Of a DNA stretch of 64,000 bases, positions 16,656 through 25,492 are shown in pieces. The stretch is from Gammaproteobacteria bacterium (GTDB lineage: Bacteria; Pseudomonadota; Gammaproteobacteria; Steroidobacterales; Foliamicaceae): the NCBI GenBank assembly GCA_009844425.1, contig VYBN01000001.1, forward strand, positions 28,985 to 92,984, written 5' to 3'. The notes below the pieces were generated by a model. That model ran no database searches. It saw only the letters and a program-made list of their open reading frames with translations, and was not told the origin of the DNA. The position numbers and the translations under genes are program-made. Positions within the stretch are counted from its first letter, which is position 1, and each line of letters starts with the position of its first letter.

Positions 16656-17129
16656 ATGAAGCAAAAGGTCACCATCACCGTCAACGGCGAACCAACGGAA
16701 ATTTGGGCCGCACCGCACGAAACGCTCCTGGAAACGCTCAGGAACGACATGCACCTGGTGGGCGCCAAGCAGGGCTGCGACACGGGCGGCTGCGGCTGTT
16801 GCACGGTCCTCATCGACGGTCAGTCCCGTTACTCCTGCATGACCTACACCGTAACGCTCGACGGAAGAGACGTCACCAGCGTCGAAGGTCTCGCGGACAA
16901 CGGCGAACTGGATGCTGTGCAGCAGGCCTTCGTCGATACCGGCGCGGTCCAGTGCGGCTATTGCACCTGCGGCATGATCATGGCGGCCAAGCATCTGTTA
17001 TCGGTCAATCCGAAACCAACGGACCGCGAAATCCGCAAGGGACTCTCCGGGAACCTGTGCCGGTGCACCGGTTATCACAAGATTGTCGAGGCGGTGCGGG
17101 TTGCGTCGGGCCAACAGGAGGCAAGCTGA
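16656..17129 (+). CDS. molybdenum hydroxylase [2Fe-2S] (small) subunit, CoxS-like
   Basis: Cys clusters GCDTGGCGCCTV and QCGYCTCGMI...NLCRCTGY. Confidence 0.9.
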   Translation: MKQKVTITVNGEPTEIWAAPHETLLETLRNDMHLVGAKQGCDTGGCGCCTVLIDGQSRYSCMTYTVTLDGRDVTSVEGLADNGELDAVQQAFVDTGAVQCGYCTCGMIMAAKHLLSVNPKPTDREIRKGLSGNLCRCTGYHKIVEAVRVASGQQEAS

Positions 17130-17130
17130 A

Positions 17131-19461
17131 ATGGCGACGATCAGCGACACGGTCGGCACCCGGGTCCGGCACCACGATGCGATCGACAAGGTCACCGGAG
17201 GTCGCGGCTATCCGGTGAACGTCAATCTGGCCGGAATGCTGCATGGGCGCATGCTGCGAAGTCCTTATGCTCATGCCCGAATTGTCAGGATGGACATTGA
17301 TGAAGCGAAGACGCTTCCGGGCGTACGGGCGATTCTCACGCCGGACGACGTGCCGCAGGTCAAGTACTCGCCGATCTACTTCATGCCGACGGAGGGCCTG
17401 GCCTGCATCCAGGACATGACATTGATGGGGCGAACCGTCCGTCACGTCGGACAACCCGTCGCCGCAGTCGCAGCCGATACGATGGAGATCGCGGAACAGG
17501 CCGCACAGTTGATCGATGTCGAATACGAAGAACTGCCGGCCGTACTGACCGTCGAAGACGCGATGGCCGACGGCGCGCCGGCCATTCACGACTACACCTC
17601 CGGAAACGTTGCGGTCGACGAGACGTTCGAGACGGGAGATCCGGACGCCGGATTTGCCGCCGCCGATCACGTTTTCGAACAGACGTATGAGACGCAGCGA
17701 ATCAACGTTTGCGCGCTGGAGCCGCATGTCTGTGTTGCCGATGTCGACGCCTACGGCAACGTGACCATTCACAGTTCCATGCAGCACCTGTTCGGACTGC
17801 GCGAGAAGCTTGCATTCGTGCTGGGGCTCCCGGTCAGTAAGGTCAAGGTTGTGAAGCCTCCTTACATTGGCGGCGGATTCGGCGGCAAGTTGGACATCAC
17901 GCCGATAGAACCCTTGTCCGCGCTGCTGAGCATGGAAACGCACCGGCCTGTTCGAATGGCGCTTTCGCGGGCCGAGGAGTTTGTAACGAGCAACAAATGC
18001 CCCATAAGGATCCGGTTGAAAACGGGCGTCAAGTCCGACGGGACCATCACGGTTCGCGAAGCGAGCAGCCTGCTGGACGCCGGCGCTTACGCGACACACG
18101 GTTCCACCGTAATCATGGTGCACGGCCTGTTCGGCTACTGCTTTACCTACAAGTGTCCTAATCGCCGCTGGCACGGCCGGTCCGTTCACACGAACAATGT
18201 CACCAGCGGAGGTTTTCGCGGATATGGGGGACCGCAGGCCTCGTTTGGGGTCGAGCAGCAGATTGATGAGATCTGCGAGAAGCTGGAACTGGATCCCGTC
18301 GAGTTCCGCATCCGGAATTCGCATAGCGAAGGCGAAGACCACCCGTTTTTCGACGGGACCTTCACAACGTACCGATTCCACGAATGTCTTAGAAAGGGGG
18401 CCGAGCGCATCGGTTGGTCCGATCGAACGGCGCCCGGCAGCGACCCGGGACCCGTCAAGACCGGCATTGGGCTGGGCTGTGCCGTCACCTGGACATCGAA
18501 CTGCACGGCGCAGCCCGATCTGTACGAACACTCGGGCGCCTTTATCAAGCTCAATCCGGACGGGTCCGCCGACATTGCTTCGGCAGCGATCGATATCGGT
18601 TGCGGTCAGAACACCATCTTTTGCCAGATCGTGGCCGCCGAACTGGGGATCCCGGTCGAAATGGTTCGAATGTCCAGCGCCGATACGAGCAACGTGCCGT
18701 TCGATGCGCCAATGCATGCAAGCCGGGGCACAAACGCGGTTGGCGCGACGGTCAAGGCGGCGGCTGCGGACGCCAGGGAACAGCTTTTCCGCGTCGCCGG
18801 CACAATGCTGGATGCAAGCCCCGACGACCTCGATGCCAAGGACGGCAGGGTCTTCGTGAAGGGCGCCGAGATCGTCTCTGTGAGCATTGCCGAAGTCGCG
18901 GCGCGAGCCGATTCGCCGCTGGTCACGATGACCAGGCAAGGCCCCCAGCCGGATGCGACGCCCTATCGGGGAACGATCATCGGTTCTGCTGCGATGAACC
19001 CTGCCGTCAGCCCGATCCCGGCGGGCGCAATGTTCGTGCAGGTGGCCGTAAACACCGACACGGGAGAAGTCAGGGTGCTGCGCGCGGTGTATGCGCACGA
19101 TATCGGGCGAGTCATCAACCCTGCCGGCGCGGAAGGCCAGGTGGAGGGCGGACTTCAGCAGGGCATCGGCTACACGCTGATGGAACATACTCAGTTCGAC
19201 CCGGAGACCGGCGCCTGTCTTTCCGGCGACTTTCTCGATTACAAAATGCCCACGGCCTTCGAAATGCCTGCCGAAATCGAGTGCATTTTCATCGAATCGG
19301 ACGATCCCAACGGTCCATTCGGCGCCAAGAGTCTCTCCGAATGCTGTTTGATCGCTCCTCCCGGCGCCATAGCGAATGCGATATACAACGCTACGGGCGC
19401 CCGCGTTCGGGACCTGCCGATTACACCCGAGAAAGTCCTTCGTGCGCTCGGCAGGCTTTGA
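17131..19461 (+). CDS. molybdenum hydroxylase molybdopterin-binding (large) subunit, CoxL/xanthine-dehydrogenase family
   Basis: Start trimmed to MATISDTVGTRVRHHDAIDKVTGG. Motifs GGGFGGK and GAKSLSECCL. About 776 aa. Confidence 0.85.
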   Translation: MATISDTVGTRVRHHDAIDKVTGGRGYPVNVNLAGMLHGRMLRSPYAHARIVRMDIDEAKTLPGVRAILTPDDVPQVKYSPIYFMPTEGLACIQDMTLMGRTVRHVGQPVAAVAADTMEIAEQAAQLIDVEYEELPAVLTVEDAMADGAPAIHDYTSGNVAVDETFETGDPDAGFAAADHVFEQTYETQRINVCALEPHVCVADVDAYGNVTIHSSMQHLFGLREKLAFVLGLPVSKVKVVKPPYIGGGFGGKLDITPIEPLSALLSMETHRPVRMALSRAEEFVTSNKCPIRIRLKTGVKSDGTITVREASSLLDAGAYATHGSTVIMVHGLFGYCFTYKCPNRRWHGRSVHTNNVTSGGFRGYGGPQASFGVEQQIDEICEKLELDPVEFRIRNSHSEGEDHPFFDGTFTTYRFHECLRKGAERIGWSDRTAPGSDPGPVKTGIGLGCAVTWTSNCTAQPDLYEHSGAFIKLNPDGSADIASAAIDIGCGQNTIFCQIVAAELGIPVEMVRMSSADTSNVPFDAPMHASRGTNAVGATVKAAAADAREQLFRVAGTMLDASPDDLDAKDGRVFVKGAEIVSVSIAEVAARADSPLVTMTRQGPQPDATPYRGTIIGSAAMNPAVSPIPAGAMFVQVAVNTDTGEVRVLRAVYAHDIGRVINPAGAEGQVEGGLQQGIGYTLMEHTQFDPETGACLSGDFLDYKMPTAFEMPAEIECIFIESDDPNGPFGAKSLSECCLIAPPGAIANAIYNATGARVRDLPITPEKVLRALGRL

Positions 19462-19464
19462 ACG

Positions 19465-20019
19465 ATGAAGATAGCGAAGACGTTCCGGATTGCTGCACCG
19501 ATCGATCGCGTCTGGCCGACGATTACCGACCCGGAACAGGTCGCAAGCTGCCTGCCGGGCTGTGAACAGGTCGACAAGGTCGACGAACTCAATTACAAGG
19601 CCTTGGTAAAGGTCGTTGTCGGCCCGATCAGAACGCAATTCAAGGTGGATATCGCGTGCGTGGAGCAGCGGCCCCCCGAGTACGCGGCCTACGAGACGAA
19701 GGGCGAGGAAGGCGGAAAATCGAGCCGGGTCAAGGCAATCAGCACCCTGACGCTGGCGAGTTTGAGTGAAGAGGAGACGGAAGTCAGTTACTCGTCGGAC
19801 TTGAGCATTATTGGTCGCCTCGGAAAATTCGGCAGTGGCATGATGCTGAAGGTGGCGGATTCGATGGGGGATGACTTCGTGGCGGCGCTCAAGGGCGTAA
19901 TTGAAGGCCAGCAGGTCGACGCCGGGCCGAAGACCATGAAGACACTGAACCGGGCTTTCTGGATCGGCGGGGCGATTCTCGTGACAGCGCTCGTCATCAT
20001 TGCGCTGCTGCTGGCCTGA
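19465..20019 (+). CDS. CoxG-like SRPBCC protein with C-terminal membrane anchor
   Basis: MKIAKTFRIAAPIDRVWPTITDPEQVASCLPGCE...; hydrophobic tail FWIGGAILVTALVIIALLLA. Confidence 0.7.
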   Translation: MKIAKTFRIAAPIDRVWPTITDPEQVASCLPGCEQVDKVDELNYKALVKVVVGPIRTQFKVDIACVEQRPPEYAAYETKGEEGGKSSRVKAISTLTLASLSEEETEVSYSSDLSIIGRLGKFGSGMMLKVADSMGDDFVAALKGVIEGQQVDAGPKTMKTLNRAFWIGGAILVTALVIIALLLA

Positions 20020-20037
20020 AAACATCGCACATTCACG

Positions 20038-20730
20038 ATGCCGGACGAAGGATCAAGCATGACCGAAGAAATCCTGACTCGAATCAGCCAAATCGACCCG
20101 GACGACTGGCAGACGTTTGACAAGCTGGACCTGAAGCAATATGTCCTTTGGGAACATCCGCAAACGGGAGCGAGTATTGCTCTGCTGGATTTTCCGAAAG
20201 GAAGCGGGATACCCACCAAGCACTCCCATGCTTCGAATCAGTTCATGTACTGTCTCGAAGGCCGCTACGAGTACACCGACTCAAAGCTGGTTTTGCAGCC
20301 CGGGAGTTTCTATGCAAATCCAAAAGACCATCCGCACGGACCTACCCTGGCCCACGAACGGAGCCTGCTGATCGAGATTTACGACGGTCCGCATTACTAT
20401 GAAATGCCGAGCTACCACACCGGTCGAACCATTGGGCGTATCGACGCGGACCGCCCCGGCGGCGTGAGGTGCCTGGTAATCGCCAGGGCGAAGAATGCAC
20501 TGCCAGAACCGGACGATGATCTGATGAAATCCCATCGGATGTTTCTCGATCGCGTCGGCGCCGAAGCGGTGGGAACAACCCGGGGCATTCTCTGCAGAGG
20601 CAACGGTTCCTCGAGCGAGGGCATAGGCTACTTTCTCGATGCGGCCACTATCGAGGAGGCAAGGGCGATTGCCGATGGTGATCCACTATCCGGAAAATAT
20701 TCCGACATCGAGGTCTATCGGCTGACGTAA
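20038..20730 (+). CDS. cupin-domain protein with YciI-like C-terminal region
   Basis: Cupin segment GIPTKHSHASNQFMYCLEGRYEYT...HPHGP. The C-terminal ~90 aa resemble the YciI fold (weak). Confidence 0.5.
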   Translation: MPDEGSSMTEEILTRISQIDPDDWQTFDKLDLKQYVLWEHPQTGASIALLDFPKGSGIPTKHSHASNQFMYCLEGRYEYTDSKLVLQPGSFYANPKDHPHGPTLAHERSLLIEIYDGPHYYEMPSYHTGRTIGRIDADRPGGVRCLVIARAKNALPEPDDDLMKSHRMFLDRVGAEAVGTTRGILCRGNGSSSEGIGYFLDAATIEEARAIADGDPLSGKYSDIEVYRLT

Positions 20731-20735
20731 CAGCC

Positions 20736-21158
20736 ATGGCCAGAAAGAAGGAACGGATTCTCACTGACGCGGTGCAGGAGCCGGGGCCGAAGCTGTGGTC
20801 GAATTGCCTCCGGGTGGGCGACACGATCTATATTTCCGGGCTGACCTCGCGCGCGGCGGACGGCGTCACGATTCTCGGCGCCGATGAATACGAGCAATCC
20901 CGGCTCATCTTTTCGAAGATGAAGGCTTACGTCGGTGCGGCCGGGGCTTGCATGGACGATATCGTGCAGATGGTCATCTATCTGACCGATATCAGGAAAA
21001 ACACGCTCGTGTGGCGCGCCAGGGAAGAGTTCTTCGAAGGCGATTATCCGACGTGTGCGCTTGTCGAGGTCAGTGGCCTGGCCAAACCCGAAATACTGGT
21101 GGAGATTTCCGCGACCGCAATCGCCGGCTGCTCGCCCGAATCCAACAACGCCGGTTGA
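20736..21158 (+). CDS. RidA/YjgF-family reactive-intermediate deaminase
   Basis: 140 aa. VGDTIYISGLTS...IVQMVIYLTDI...PTCALVEVSGLAKPEILVEISATA. Confidence 0.8.
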   Translation: MARKKERILTDAVQEPGPKLWSNCLRVGDTIYISGLTSRAADGVTILGADEYEQSRLIFSKMKAYVGAAGACMDDIVQMVIYLTDIRKNTLVWRAREEFFEGDYPTCALVEVSGLAKPEILVEISATAIAGCSPESNNAG

Positions 21159-21160
21159 AA

Positions 21161-22099
21161 TTACTGAAAGAACTTTTCAGGCGGAATGGGCCCCCACTGC
21201 GTTACGCCTTCGGGCGTGGCCGGAATTCTTGAGGGAGCATGCCTTGCATCCACCACGTCGCCATCGGCGTAATGCTCGATGCGGCTCCCGAAAGGGTCGA
21301 TCCAGTAATCGAATACCTGGCTGCCCGCCATGTGCCGTCCAACACCGACTTCCATCCTGTAGCCGCGGTTGATCAGGAAATCATGACCGCTCATCACGGC
21401 GTCGATGTCCTGCACCTCAAACGCCACATGGTGCAGTCCGGTGTTGTCCGACTGCGATACGAAAACACTGTGGTGGTCGGTGATCTCCTGCAAGGGATCG
21501 CAGCTCATGAAAACGCCGACGGTTCTTTCTTCCGCGTCCGGCGTGACGAGAACGTCCGCCGCCTTCAGGCCGAAATGTGAGCCGAACCAGGCGGCCGACG
21601 CGTTGGCGTCCGGGACCCGCAGGGCGATATGGCCCAGTCTAAGCGCCGGCACTCGTCCTTTCGGAGGCCGCTGAGAATCGTTGATGCGCTGTTTGCGGGT
21701 GCCGTAGTTTTGAATCAGGGGATCGCGCACCGGCCAGCGAGACAGCCAGTCGCGCCCATGCACCACGTCGATACGATAGCCATCCGGATTTTCCACCGTG
21801 ACACGGCTTCCCCCGAACTCCGGCAAAAGCGGTTCTTGCCTCTTGCCCGGACCCGCACTGACAAGCGCATCCAGGTCATCTTCGCGGGAAGCTTCAAGGC
21901 CCATACCCAGAAAGCCGTTTTGCTCGGCCTTCCAGGCCACATAGGCATATGGATTGCCGTCCGCGGTGCCGAAGGCGATTCTGTCTGAGGACCTGTCGCT
22001 TACCTCAAGCCCAAAGTCCGTCAGAAAAGTGCAGGCAACGTCAAGGTCCGTGACGTTAAACAGTACGTACGCCAGTCCTCGAACCCTGATCATCGGCAC
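21161..22099 (-). CDS. VOC-family protein, extradiol ring-cleavage dioxygenase-like
   Basis: 312 aa with two glyoxalase/VOC repeats (GLAYVLFNVTDLD...; LGHIALRVPDANASAAWF...HHVAFEVQDID). Confidence 0.65.
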   Translation of the reverse strand: MPMIRVRGLAYVLFNVTDLDVACTFLTDFGLEVSDRSSDRIAFGTADGNPYAYVAWKAEQNGFLGMGLEASREDDLDALVSAGPGKRQEPLLPEFGGSRVTVENPDGYRIDVVHGRDWLSRWPVRDPLIQNYGTRKQRINDSQRPPKGRVPALRLGHIALRVPDANASAAWFGSHFGLKAADVLVTPDAEERTVGVFMSCDPLQEITDHHSVFVSQSDNTGLHHVAFEVQDIDAVMSGHDFLINRGYRMEVGVGRHMAGSQVFDYWIDPFGSRIEHYADGDVVDARHAPSRIPATPEGVTQWGPIPPEKFFQ

Positions 22100-22116
22100 C
22101 CAAGACTAACAGCATC

Positions 22117-23004
22117 CTAGTGAAAATCGTACTTGATCACGATCATGGGAATCGAATTGGAATCCCTTGCATTGGGCGCGAAAGTCGTACGGTCATAGTC
22201 GATGCCGCCTTCATCCCAGAAGTACTCGTACCGGAATCCCAACTGGAGGTTCCTGTATACGTGGGCAAACAGCTCGAGTTCCAGGAAAACGCGGTCGTGC
22301 CGCTCAGCCGGGTTCGGGGCGCTCTTGTCGCTGGTTGTGCCTTGCTGATAGCGGAAGATCGTCTGATGGTTCCAGCGGATTCCTGCCGCTTCCCAGTATT
22401 TCCGCGCGGTTATTCCCCAAAAATTGTGGTTCTCGTAACACGAGCCGTCCGGGCTGCCAAAGGGGCCGGTGATGTACTCGTCGCAGTTTGAACGCAGCCA
22501 CCACTGGACCTGGAACTTGTCATTGACTCCCTGAAAGCCCGGCACGTCCAGATAGGCGCCCAGTCCGAATGCGCTGGCCCGGTAATCGAAAAAGCTCCCG
22601 GCTTCCAGCCGCCATTCGAAACTGACGTCCTTCAGGAAACCAAGTTCCAGATCCTTCTTTTGAATCTTGGAGAGCCGAACGTTGCCGTTCCAGAGTCCGT
22701 AGAGTTCCGAGGTTCCGGTGTCCCCTTCTCCGTAAGCGGCGCCGGCCGGGTTATCGAAATTGACCCAGTCAAGAAAGAAATAGTTTTCGCCCAGGAAGTA
22801 GTTGCTCTGGTGCTCGAACCGTACCTGGGTCCTGTTGCCGCCATCTGCGCCGTACCCGGTTATGAAGTCGTTATCCGCGGATCCGGTGAAGGATACCTGC
22901 AGGTTCGATGTGGCATAGCCGTTGTCGGTGGCGTGTTCGTCAGCCAGCAGTTGAGGCGCGGGCGCGGCCATGGCCGCAATCAGAAAGAGTGCTTTACCTT
23001 TCAT
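22117..23004 (-). CDS. putative outer-membrane beta-barrel channel
   Basis: Signal peptide MKGKALFLIAAMAAPAPQLLA, an alternating aromatic/polar beta-strand pattern, and an aromatic-rich C-terminus. The exact family is not recognised. Confidence 0.5.
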   Translation of the reverse strand: MKGKALFLIAAMAAPAPQLLADEHATDNGYATSNLQVSFTGSADNDFITGYGADGGNRTQVRFEHQSNYFLGENYFFLDWVNFDNPAGAAYGEGDTGTSELYGLWNGNVRLSKIQKKDLELGFLKDVSFEWRLEAGSFFDYRASAFGLGAYLDVPGFQGVNDKFQVQWWLRSNCDEYITGPFGSPDGSCYENHNFWGITARKYWEAAGIRWNHQTIFRYQQGTTSDKSAPNPAERHDRVFLELELFAHVYRNLQLGFRYEYFWDEGGIDYDRTTFAPNARDSNSIPMIVIKYDFH

Positions 23005-23093
23005 CGTTCCTCCGTCGTGAGAGGGATAGTCGTTGCGATGTCACGTAAGATATTATGCGATGTATTACACAAAGGCAAGAGGGAGCACTTCAA

Positions 23094-23945
23094 GTGAAAC
23101 TGGTCAGGTACAGCGTGGATAACGACGTTTCGCCGGGTCTGATTGACGAAAAAGGCCGTATCCGTGAACTCGGGACCGAGATTCACGACATAGGCGGCGA
23201 GGTTCTCGAAAGCGGCACACTGGCCCGGTTGGCTGGTCTGGCGCCGGAATCAATGCCGTTGGCGCCAATGGGCGCGCAACTTGTTGAATGCGTTGCGGAC
23301 GTGTCCAAGTTCGTATGTGTAGGGCTGAACTACGCGGATCATGCGCGTGAAGCGGGACGACCCATCCCCAGGGAGCCCGTCCTGTTCATGAAAGCCACGA
23401 GCGCGATCTGTGGGCCATTCGATGACATTCTCGTTCCCCGTGATTCCGTCAGGACCGATTGGGAGGTCGAGCTCGGCATCGTGATCGGCCAGGTAACGAG
23501 GAGAATAGAGAAGGAAGCGGCATTCGACCACATAGCCGGCTACTGTGTTGTCGACGATCTCTCGGAACGCGCTTATCAATCCGAGCGCGGGGGCCAGTGG
23601 GTCAAGGGCAAGAGCCTGGACACATACGGTCCGATAGGTCCCTGGCTCGTCACCCGCGACGAAATACCCGAGCCCAACAGCCTGGCCCTATGGCAGGAAG
23701 TCGACGGGAAACGCTACCAGGACGGCAACACGGCGGACATGATCTTCAAGGTGGACGAAATCGTCAGTTACGTCAGCCAATTCATGACATTGCTGCCGGG
23801 AGACATCATTGCAACCGGCACTCCCGCGGGCGTCGGCATGGGCCAAAAGCCGGAACCCGTGTATCTCGGCCCGGGCCAGACCCTGCGCCTGGGGATCGAT
23901 GGTCTGGGTGAACAGACCCACGCCGTGGCATTGGCGGAATACTGA
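23094..23945 (+). CDS. fumarylacetoacetate hydrolase (FAH) family protein
   Basis: GTG start after GGGAG. VGLNYADHAREAG...WEVELGIVIG...IATGTPAGVG are FAH-family hallmarks. Confidence 0.8.
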   Translation: MKLVRYSVDNDVSPGLIDEKGRIRELGTEIHDIGGEVLESGTLARLAGLAPESMPLAPMGAQLVECVADVSKFVCVGLNYADHAREAGRPIPREPVLFMKATSAICGPFDDILVPRDSVRTDWEVELGIVIGQVTRRIEKEAAFDHIAGYCVVDDLSERAYQSERGGQWVKGKSLDTYGPIGPWLVTRDEIPEPNSLALWQEVDGKRYQDGNTADMIFKVDEIVSYVSQFMTLLPGDIIATGTPAGVGMGQKPEPVYLGPGQTLRLGIDGLGEQTHAVALAEY

Positions 23946-23954
23946 CGCGGAACG

Positions 23955-24596
23955 TCAGAAATCTCCCGGGATACGCGTGAGCTTGTCGATGTGGAGATTC
24001 ATCGCCTTTTCGGCCGCGTCAGGGGCGGCCGCCTTTATTGCTGCGGCGATCTCTTCATGCTCGGTCTGCACTCGTCGCAGTCGGTCCTCGCCTGTGAGGG
24101 TAAGAAACCAGAGCGGATTCGAGCGTTGCTTGAGGGAGGCGACCAGTTCGGCAATCACGGGGTTCCCGGATGCTTCGGCGATGGTGATATGAAACTCATG
24201 ATCGATACGCATCAGGCCCTTTCGATCCCTGGCCTCCAGGTACTTCCGACCTTGTCGTACGAGTTTATCGAGCACGCCGACCTGTTTCCTGGTGGCGTTC
24301 TCGGCAGCCAATCGAACCGCCGCGGACTCGATAATAATCCTGGTTTCCATGACTGCGTTAAGTTCCGGCGTCGACCATCCGCGAATGAACAGGCCTTTCC
24401 GCGGTACGACCTCCACGAGCCGGTCATGCTGCAGGCGAGAGAGCGCGGTACGTACGGGAGATCGGCCGTATCCGCTGATTTCGCATAACTCCTGTTCCGT
24501 ATACAGACGACCTATGGCCAACTCCGAGTTCAGGATCTTCCACTTGAGAAAATCGTAAACCTCCTCGCTCTGAGAGTGCTTGAGTGCTCTTTTCAC
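23955..24596 (-). CDS. GntR-family (FadR/FCD subfamily) transcriptional regulator
   Basis: N-terminal wHTH (LYTEQELCEISGYGRSPVRTALSRLQHDRLVEVVPRKG) and a C-terminal all-helical FCD-like domain. Confidence 0.85.
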   Translation of the reverse strand: MKRALKHSQSEEVYDFLKWKILNSELAIGRLYTEQELCEISGYGRSPVRTALSRLQHDRLVEVVPRKGLFIRGWSTPELNAVMETRIIIESAAVRLAAENATRKQVGVLDKLVRQGRKYLEARDRKGLMRIDHEFHITIAEASGNPVIAELVASLKQRSNPLWFLTLTGEDRLRRVQTEHEEIAAAIKAAAPDAAEKAMNLHIDKLTRIPGDF

Positions 24597-24678
24597 GGTG
24601 GATTCAGTCTCGGGAATTTCGCGTAAATATGCCGGTAAATTGTATCATCTGGCATGCGCAGGCCAGAAACCATATAAC

Positions 24679-25458
24679 ATGTCTAGTAAAATATTAGATG
24701 GTTTGCAACTTGCCGGGAGAGCCAACAGTTTCGTGTCCGGGGATCTGACAGAATCGAACGTGTTCGCTCGGTTGACCGAGTCCGGCACAAGCACGATTGC
24801 CAACGTTCTTCTGACACTTGGGTTCCGCAATGTGTGCCTTCGAGGCCTGACGCCAATCGACCCCGATCGCGGCCGTATGGCCGGGCCCGCTTACACGCTG
24901 CGGTTCATTCCGGCGCGGGAAGACCTCGACCATCTGGAAAACTACGACAGCGATGACAACCTGCACAGACGTGCGATCGAGGAGTGCCCCGCGGGCGCGG
25001 TCCTCGTAATCGATGCCGGAGGCAGCCGCCAGGCATCATCGGCAGGCGACCTTATGGCTGCCCGCCTGAAGGCCCGCGGAGTGGCGGGCATGGTCACTGA
25101 CGGGGGATTCAGAGACCAGGCGGGAATCCGGCAAAGCGGACTCCCCGCCTTCCATGCCGACCCGGCGACGCCTTCAACGGTTGTCGCTCTGCATCCGATC
25201 GAACTCAATGTTGCAATCGGCTGCGCCGGAGTGCCGGTCTATCCCGGCGATATCATCGTTGGCGACGCCGATGGAGTTGTGGCCATTCCCGCTCACCTCT
25301 CCGACCAGGTTGCGGCCGCTGCCTCGGCGGCTGAAGAGTACGAGGAATTTGTCGGGCGCGAGGTGTCGCGGGGCAGGTCCCTGCTTGGGTTATTTCCGGC
25401 AACCGCCGAGAGCAGGAAAGAGTTCGAGGCGTGGGTTGCGGCCGGAAAGCCGCGGTGA
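24679..25458 (+). CDS. RraA-like / 4-hydroxy-4-methyl-2-oxoglutarate aldolase family protein
   Basis: Start trimmed to MSSKILDG. Segment AGAVLVIDAGGSRQASSAGDLMAARLKARGVAGMVTDGGFRD is typical of the RraA/HMG-aldolase fold. Confidence 0.7.
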   Translation: MSSKILDGLQLAGRANSFVSGDLTESNVFARLTESGTSTIANVLLTLGFRNVCLRGLTPIDPDRGRMAGPAYTLRFIPAREDLDHLENYDSDDNLHRRAIEECPAGAVLVIDAGGSRQASSAGDLMAARLKARGVAGMVTDGGFRDQAGIRQSGLPAFHADPATPSTVVALHPIELNVAIGCAGVPVYPGDIIVGDADGVVAIPAHLSDQVAAAASAAEEYEEFVGREVSRGRSLLGLFPATAESRKEFEAWVAAGKPR

Positions 25459-25492
25459 CTCATTGGTCAATCATGATGCAAGGGGCCGGAAC

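Noticed and set aside
17005-20025. 1006-aa ORF antisense to coxL/coxG. Similar long antisense ORFs occur at 52320-54962 (opposite dnaE), 30262-32100 and 32353-33825 (opposite the autotransporter), 44483-45718 (opposite pyrG) and 9532-10665.
   Set aside because: These are typical stop-codon-poor shadow frames of high-GC DNA. Their translations are Arg/Gly/Pro/Ala-rich low-complexity sequence, and each lies opposite a gene with clear family signatures.
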